From an uncultured bacterium (GTDB lineage Bacteria > Babelota > Babeliae > Babelales > Babelaceae), in contig OY970209.1 in assembly GCA_963713855.1 (NCBI GenBank), positions 320,001 through 384,000 of the forward strand: DNA of 64,000 nucleotides, written 5' to 3'. Every line of letters begins with the position of its first letter. Position 1 is the stretch's first letter. The position numbers and the translations under genes were made by a program. Of this stretch, positions 58,920 to 64,000 are shown in pieces. The notes under the pieces are model-generated. The model had not been told where the DNA came from, did not search any database, and worked only from the letters and a program-made list of their open reading frames with translations.

Positions 58920-59457
58920 AAAAAGTCTCCTTATTGGTTCACTATTAATCGCCAGTTTTGGCGGGCTTACTTATTGGTACTATGACACATATACCGCGTG
59001 CCAAGGTATTCAGCTCTATCGCCCATCGCGAGATCGCCAACCGATCATAGATCTATTTAAAGACAATTGGTATTGGCTTATTCCAGATTCGCTTACTACT
59101 TTTTCGATAGAATCTTATCTAGATACAAACACAAAGCTTCAAGGCACTAGTAAGGAAGATAACAAAATACTTGTTTACTGCGTTGACAATAAAACAATTG
59201 GTATGGTGGCCTTTTATGAAGATTCTTTCTACAAAGGACAACTCCGTTTCATTGTGCTTGACAAAGCATATCGTGGTCAAGGCTATGCCGAAAAGCTCAT
59301 GAACTATGCTCTTGATGATATGAAAAAACGAGGATTATCCAAAGTAAAGCTTATTACTCGCACAAACAATGAGCCCGCCCGCAAATTCTACTTAAAGCTA
59401 GGGCTCAAAGAGTTACAACCAAAAGGCGGCTATGTTGAATTTGAAAAAGATTTATAA
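58903..59457 (+). CDS. GNAT acetyltransferase with N-terminal TM anchor
   Basis: YRGQGYAEKLM, NEPARKFYLKLG. Confidence 0.88.
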   Translation: MTRTFKKSLLIGSLLIASFGGLTYWYYDTYTACQGIQLYRPSRDRQPIIDLFKDNWYWLIPDSLTTFSIESYLDTNTKLQGTSKEDNKILVYCVDNKTIGMVAFYEDSFYKGQLRFIVLDKAYRGQGYAEKLMNYALDDMKKRGLSKVKLITRTNNEPARKFYLKLGLKELQPKGGYVEFEKDL

Positions 59458-59531
59458 TTAATTAGGTATCGACGGTAAAATACTCTTTTGATACAATTAA
59501 GTACAGTTTTTAAAAACACTAAGGTAACATT

Positions 59532-60338
59532 ATGAAATTAATTGTCATGAGCTTAAGCTTACTTTTTACGGTAACCGTTTATAAATCGCACGCCCAGGAA
59601 ATTGACCCAAAAAAAATCATAGCTTACTGCGATGACGATGGTTGCGTACATCCACAGGCAAATCGCCATTATTCAAACCCAAGAAAAGATAAAAACAATG
59701 GCCAAGAGCCTTATACTGCACCAATCAAGGAAAATCTTGCAAAAGCCAACCGACTTTTTCAAGCAATGCGCGATTTTCAAGAAGTTGCAGATATCGTTAA
59801 AAACAGTCCAGCCGATCCTGAGCTAGATGCCCTACTTCAAGATGCTCCAATTGCCCCAACATTAGAGTACTTTGTATCTCTTTCTCAAACAGAAAGAGAG
59901 CTAGCCATTGACGAATTTATTAAACACGTTGAAGACGTAAAACAACACCTCGCGGCCCGTCAACAAGCAAGCGAGGCCGATATAGATGCCTTGATTAATG
60001 AGCAAAATTTCGCTCAACAATACGAGCAGTTATCTGAAAAACAAAAGTCGGAACTTCGAGAAGGGCCTTCATGGGTAACCATTTGGTTTGAAGAAACGAT
60101 AGCTTCCCTTTTTGAAATATTTCCGTCGCTTGAAGATTCTACCCTCGCTCTTGTTGAAAAGTATCCTTTCTTACTTGAATGGTATGCAAAATATTACGAA
60201 TACATGTATCCTGAACCAGAAACAATAGATATTGCATACGAACCTGATATCACTATTGAAGATGAAGAAGACATAGTGCACGTTAAATCCGATGAGACGC
60301 CATCAGAAGAAACGGCGAACAGCGATCATGAGCTCTAA
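59532..60338 (+). CDS. Secreted acidic hypothetical protein
   Basis: Signal peptide ending SHA; D/E-rich C-terminus. Confidence 0.7.
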   Translation: MKLIVMSLSLLFTVTVYKSHAQEIDPKKIIAYCDDDGCVHPQANRHYSNPRKDKNNGQEPYTAPIKENLAKANRLFQAMRDFQEVADIVKNSPADPELDALLQDAPIAPTLEYFVSLSQTERELAIDEFIKHVEDVKQHLAARQQASEADIDALINEQNFAQQYEQLSEKQKSELREGPSWVTIWFEETIASLFEIFPSLEDSTLALVEKYPFLLEWYAKYYEYMYPEPETIDIAYEPDITIEDEEDIVHVKSDETPSEETANSDHEL

Positions 60339-61089
60339 ATCACATATCTTTGCCCTCTATTATGCTCAACTACCGAGCTCAAAAATAGAGGGCACATTTT
60401 TAATCGATGACATATCCTTAATACAACGCTTAAATCGTGTATTACGAGCAAGCGAAGATCAAGAATTAATTCTTTTTAATACTATCGCTAATGCACACAT
60501 TGTTCTTAAAGCTTTTGATAAAAAGCACATAGAAGCACTCGTGCTTAAATGGGAGCTTAATAAACAGATTGCACCATTAGTCACTTGGTGGCTCCCACTC
60601 TTAGAAAAAAACGATTGGGAAGATGCTCTCTCTTTCTTAACCATTTTGGGCGCCACTACTATTCAGCCACTTATTACAAAAAAGACTCACCGACAAAAGC
60701 TTTTTGATGGTGAATCTGAACGATTACAGCGTGTTATAATAGCAGCGGCGGAACAATCAAAGCAGTTTAGCTTACCAACGCTTGAAAAGGTTATAACGCT
60801 GGAAAACGCCCTAAAACTGCCAAAAAATGGGCCTTTAGTTTTTTTTGATGTGAATGGGCAATCTGCTTACTGCGTAATGACTCAATTAGAAAACCTAAAA
60901 CCAGCGCACATTACGTGCATGGTGGGCCCAGAGGGTGACTTGACAGATGAGGAGAAGGGGCTTATTAAAAGTTATGGTTTTCAATTTTGTGCGCTTACGA
61001 CTTCGATTTTACGTTCAACACATGCCTCATTTCTTGGCATGGGGCTTATACGATCTCTTATACGGAGCACAGCGTCTCATCAAGAATAG
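60328..61089 (+). CDS. rsmE: 16S rRNA m3U1498 methyltransferase
   Basis: RVLR, LGATTIQPL, AAAEQS, VGPEGDLT, ILRS. Confidence 0.9.
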   Translation: MSSKSHIFALYYAQLPSSKIEGTFLIDDISLIQRLNRVLRASEDQELILFNTIANAHIVLKAFDKKHIEALVLKWELNKQIAPLVTWWLPLLEKNDWEDALSFLTILGATTIQPLITKKTHRQKLFDGESERLQRVIIAAAEQSKQFSLPTLEKVITLENALKLPKNGPLVFFDVNGQSAYCVMTQLENLKPAHITCMVGPEGDLTDEEKGLIKSYGFQFCALTTSILRSTHASFLGMGLIRSLIRSTASHQE

Positions 61090-61789
61090 GACACGAAGAA
61101 GTTGAAGAGGCTTTTAAGTAAAGCGGTAATACCTGGTCAACGCTTTGCCCAATATCCCACAATTTCCAAGCAACATCATTAATCGATGCAAGGGATGCTA
61201 AAAGTGGGAGAGGCTCCGGAATAACACTTTTTTGTAAAACACTGTTCTGTAATAGTTTTTCATGCAATAAAACGCCATTACCCACCAGGGTGATAAGCTT
61301 TTGAGATGAATTTGATGGTAAAGCTACAAGTTGCTCAATCCGTGCACACACTGCAGTTGCCCGCTCGCAGCCGTGCGCAATCATGCCGTTTTTTACATCG
61401 TAAAGCGCAAAATAGAGATCATCACAAAAAGCATTAAGAAGGACTGCTATATACGGTGTAGATACGTTGTGCCGCACACTTTCTACAAACGCATCGAGGC
61501 CATCAACGCCAACTATAGGCTTTTTAGTTGCATAGGCCAAACCGTTAACAGTTGCAAGTGTAACCCGCAGTGTCGTAAAGGGAGCGGGGCCCTTATGGAC
61601 GACAAAAAATGAACAATCAGAAAGTGTTAATCTACATCGATCAAGCAGAGCATCAACAGTAACTAAAAGCTCCTTACTTGCTTGATGTTTTGCAACAATT
61701 TGAGATTCGAGAAGTACACCATCTCGTGCTATTGCAATTTCTATTGCTTCATAACCTGGATGGAAGAGAAGAGCGTAAAGGGGAGTCAA
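61058..61789 (-). CDS. tsaB: tRNA threonylcarbamoyladenosine biosynthesis protein TsaB
   Basis: GPAPFTTLRV..NGLAYA..PIVGVDGL, VGNG, PLYLK; TTG start. Confidence 0.88.
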   Translation of the reverse strand: MTPLYALLFHPGYEAIEIAIARDGVLLESQIVAKHQASKELLVTVDALLDRCRLTLSDCSFFVVHKGPAPFTTLRVTLATVNGLAYATKKPIVGVDGLDAFVESVRHNVSTPYIAVLLNAFCDDLYFALYDVKNGMIAHGCERATAVCARIEQLVALPSNSSQKLITLVGNGVLLHEKLLQNSVLQKSVIPEPLPLLASLASINDVAWKLWDIGQSVDQVLPLYLKASSTSSCPILDETLCSV

Positions 61790-61801
61790 AAAAATCCTTA
61801 A

Positions 61802-61984
61802 CTAATGATTGCGGTTTTTATATTTTTGCTGCTGATAAAAAAGGCTAAAAGCGTCGTATTCTATAGTTTTTTCCTTTTTGGCTACTATTTTACCACAATT
61901 TAAGCACTTCCATCCTTCAAAATTTAAAAAATGGTCAAAAAATGACTGAAGTACCATTAAGCCCGAGCACTTTGAGCACCTCAT
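61802..61984 (-). CDS. Small zinc-ribbon protein
   Basis: MRCSKCSGLM...WKCLNCG; AGGGGA SD. Confidence 0.75.
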   Translation of the reverse strand: MRCSKCSGLMVLQSFFDHFLNFEGWKCLNCGKIVAKKEKTIEYDAFSLFYQQQKYKNRNH

Positions 61985-62191
61985 ACAATTTCCCCTTTCC
62001 TTAAAAGCGTCTGCGTTAGAGAGAAATCTAGAAGAGGGCTTTATACGTTGTCAATAACTACCTAGATTAATCTATAAAGCAGAGCAAGAATGAAAGCTCT
62101 GGTTCTTACTATAGCTTACAACAATTTCTAAAAATAACCTTAAAAAGCCTTAAGGTACGCTGATGTCTGCACTCCTTCATTATCAAAAACC

Positions 62192-62614
62192 CTATGAGCA
62201 ACCATCCAATCGATGATAACGTATGTACATCAAATAGGAATCTAGAATAAAAGCTGCGGCTACTGAATGACTTTTAAGTTTTTCTTGCGGAGTTCGAGCT
62301 GCAGAAAGTGATTCAGCTCGTTTACTACTCAATCGTTCATCCCATAAAGTAAAAGCCATGCTTGGAAAGCTCTTTTGTAATCCAGCAAATGCCGCCTCTA
62401 TTTTAACCGTTTGCTGGCTAGACTTGCCACTCATAGTTTTAGGGTGCCCCACAACGATTTCTTCTATAGATTCATCATTAAGTACATCCTTAATAAATTG
62501 ATCTAATACGTCCCTAGAGATGGTTTTGTAGGGACGAGCAAGCACTTTTGAAGCATCAGATAACGCGGATCCTACCCACGCATCGCCAATATCCAGTGCC
62601 ATAACCTTGCCCAT
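62192..62614 (-). CDS. ruvX: YqgF/RuvX pre-16S rRNA nuclease
   Basis: MALDIG..VGSALSD, IVVGHP, WDERLSS, AAAFILDSYL. Confidence 0.93.
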   Translation of the reverse strand: MGKVMALDIGDAWVGSALSDASKVLARPYKTISRDVLDQFIKDVLNDESIEEIVVGHPKTMSGKSSQQTVKIEAAFAGLQKSFPSMAFTLWDERLSSKRAESLSAARTPQEKLKSHSVAAAFILDSYLMYIRYHRLDGCS

Positions 62615-62715
62615 GATCTCCTTCTCTTTGCAAAAAGCAGTTTTAAAATCTATACTAAAGGCTATTCAATAAGCTATAGTATGCCTTAGTTTACAAAGAG
62701 TTTAAGGGAGATACA

Positions 62716-64000
62716 ATGTCCTCTGCAGATCTTAACGCGTGGGTGGAATACATTGATAATGCAATTTGGGGCGGCTGGCCCCTTCTTGGCTTTATAATTT
62801 TTGCAGGCATAATCCTCACCTTGGGATTACGGTTCGTGCAATTTAGGTACTTCTTTTCCGCATGGAAATACATATTCCCTAAAGCGAGCGACGGCAAACA
62901 AACTGAAAACTATATCACACCGTTTCAAGCATTTCTCAACACGCTTAGCGCCAGTATAGGAAACGGCAGCGCCGCAGGCATGGCAACAGCGGTAAGCGGA
63001 GGCGGTCCCGGAGCTGGTATATGGATTTTCATTCTCGGATTTTTATACATGGTAATTCGATACGCCGAGGTTTTTGCAAGTATGGAATACCATGAAACGA
63101 CTGCAACTGGCGCTGTTAGAGGCGGTCCCATGGTCTATCTTAAAAAATTACCCTTTGGTCACCTGTTAGCATATATTTATGCTTTGTTTTGCCTTGGCTT
63201 AAGCTTTATTACAGGCAACGCAATGCAATGTAATTCGATCACCTTGGGTCTTACGAGGCTTACCGGACTATCTTCTATGATTATCGCGGTAGCGCTATTC
63301 GCGCTCCTTCTTTACATCATGTTTGGGGGTGCAATGCGTATTATTAAAGTTTCCGAGGCTATCGTGCCGGTTAAAGTGGGGCTTTTCTTTGTTGCAACTA
63401 TCATACTCCTTTTATACCATTATGCTTCGTTGTGGCCAGCATTAAAACTTATGTTCACGTGCGCTTTCACACCTAAAGCTATAGTTGGCGGAGCACTTGG
63501 TTACAGTGTGCAACAAGCGGTTCGCTATGGTATGTCTCGATCACTTAATGCTACTGAAGCTGGACTTGGTACTGCAGGTATTCTATTTGGAGCAACACGT
63601 GGCAAGCATCCTGTTGAAAATAGTATCATGTCTATGACATCAGCATTTATTAGTAGCAACCTTGTATGCTTTCTTATTATTTTAGCACTTGTAGCATCAG
63701 GTGTCTGGGACAGCGGACTTGTAAGCACACAGCTTACAATGGCAGCCTACGAAACAGCTTTTGGCCGACTCGGCAGCATCGTGGTGAGCTTTTTAACCAT
63801 AAGCTTTGGTTTAGGTGTGCTTGTCGCATATGCGTATATTGGCCGTGAATGCTGGCTCTATTTGACCAGAGGCCGCCTTGTTATGGTATATACCATGCTC
63901 TATTGTTTAATGGCATTATGGGGGTCTGTTGCTAAAGTTGATCTGGTTTGGAATGCTACAGGTATTATTAACGCAGGGCTTGTGGTCATTAACCTCTGCG
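62716..64000 (+). CDS. Sodium:alanine/glycine symporter (AGCS family), runs off the window end
   Basis: Not in the ORF track; AAGGGAG SD, MSSADLNAW..., TPFQAF, ASIGNGSAAG, GGPGAGIW, GGPMVYL, GNAMQCNSI, EAGLGTA. Confidence 0.92.
   Translation, partial: MSSADLNAWVEYIDNAIWGGWPLLGFIIFAGIILTLGLRFVQFRYFFSAWKYIFPKASDGKQTENYITPFQAFLNTLSASIGNGSAAGMATAVSGGGPGAGIWIFILGFLYMVIRYAEVFASMEYHETTATGAVRGGPMVYLKKLPFGHLLAYIYALFCLGLSFITGNAMQCNSITLGLTRLTGLSSMIIAVALFALLLYIMFGGAMRIIKVSEAIVPVKVGLFFVATIILLLYHYASLWPALKLMFTCAFTPKAIVGGALGYSVQQAVRYGMSRSLNATEAGLGTAGILFGATRGKHPVENSIMSMTSAFISSNLVCFLIILALVASGVWDSGLVSTQLTMAAYETAFGRLGSIVVSFLTISFGLGVLVAYAYIGRECWLYLTRGRLVMVYTMLYCLMALWGSVAKVDLVWNATGIINAGLVVINLC

Noticed and set aside
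61058..61089. 32-bp convergent overlap of rsmE and tsaB 3' ends
   Set aside because: Common in compact genomes; the tails are non-conserved extensions
1..64000. CRISPR array, cas genes, rRNA, intact integrase/transposase or phage structural genes
   Set aside because: No regularly spaced direct repeats or recognisable motifs found by eye

Overview
AT-rich bacterial chromosome segment, most consistent with an intracellular protist parasite of the Dependentiae/Babeliae (TM6) type. This is an inference from the many signal-peptide ankyrin proteins, the paralogous secreted beta-rich proteins and the compact housekeeping operons. Core genes are hisS, secA, pgeF, ftsY-prmC-(PilM/PilN-like)-mutL, tRNA-Lys/tRNA-Glu, mgtE, a RluA-family synthase, rlmB, an ABC-2 exporter, ftsQ-like/ftsA/ftsZ, rnhB, rpsF-rpsR, typA, truA, rsmE, tsaB, ruvX and a truncated Na+/alanine symporter. 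A ~17 kb accessory region lies between mutL and the 3' end of tRNA-Glu (19.4-36.2 kb). Its most striking gene encodes an 844-aa single ORF made of a signal peptide, an SF2 helicase with giant-virus NPH-I/VETF-like motifs and an internal hydrophobic hairpin, and a C-terminal outer-membrane-type beta-barrel. That gene is bracketed by two degenerate copies of a short coding relic; the first begins with the same TGGCGTC as the tRNA-Glu 3' end, which suggests att scars of recombinase-driven islands. The region also holds a chimeric RelE/HigB toxin-antitoxin module, an orphan highly structured RNA-like element resembling an IS200/IS605 TnpB omega-RNA/right end, three secreted Cys-rich micro-proteins, an orphan benzoylformate decarboxylase and a frameshifted beta-propeller. 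Across the window, several enzymes that need cytosolic cofactors (Fic, methyltransferase, sulfotransferase, GNAT, helicase) carry signal peptides, which suggests export into a host. All family calls come from motif recognition by eye; no searches were run.
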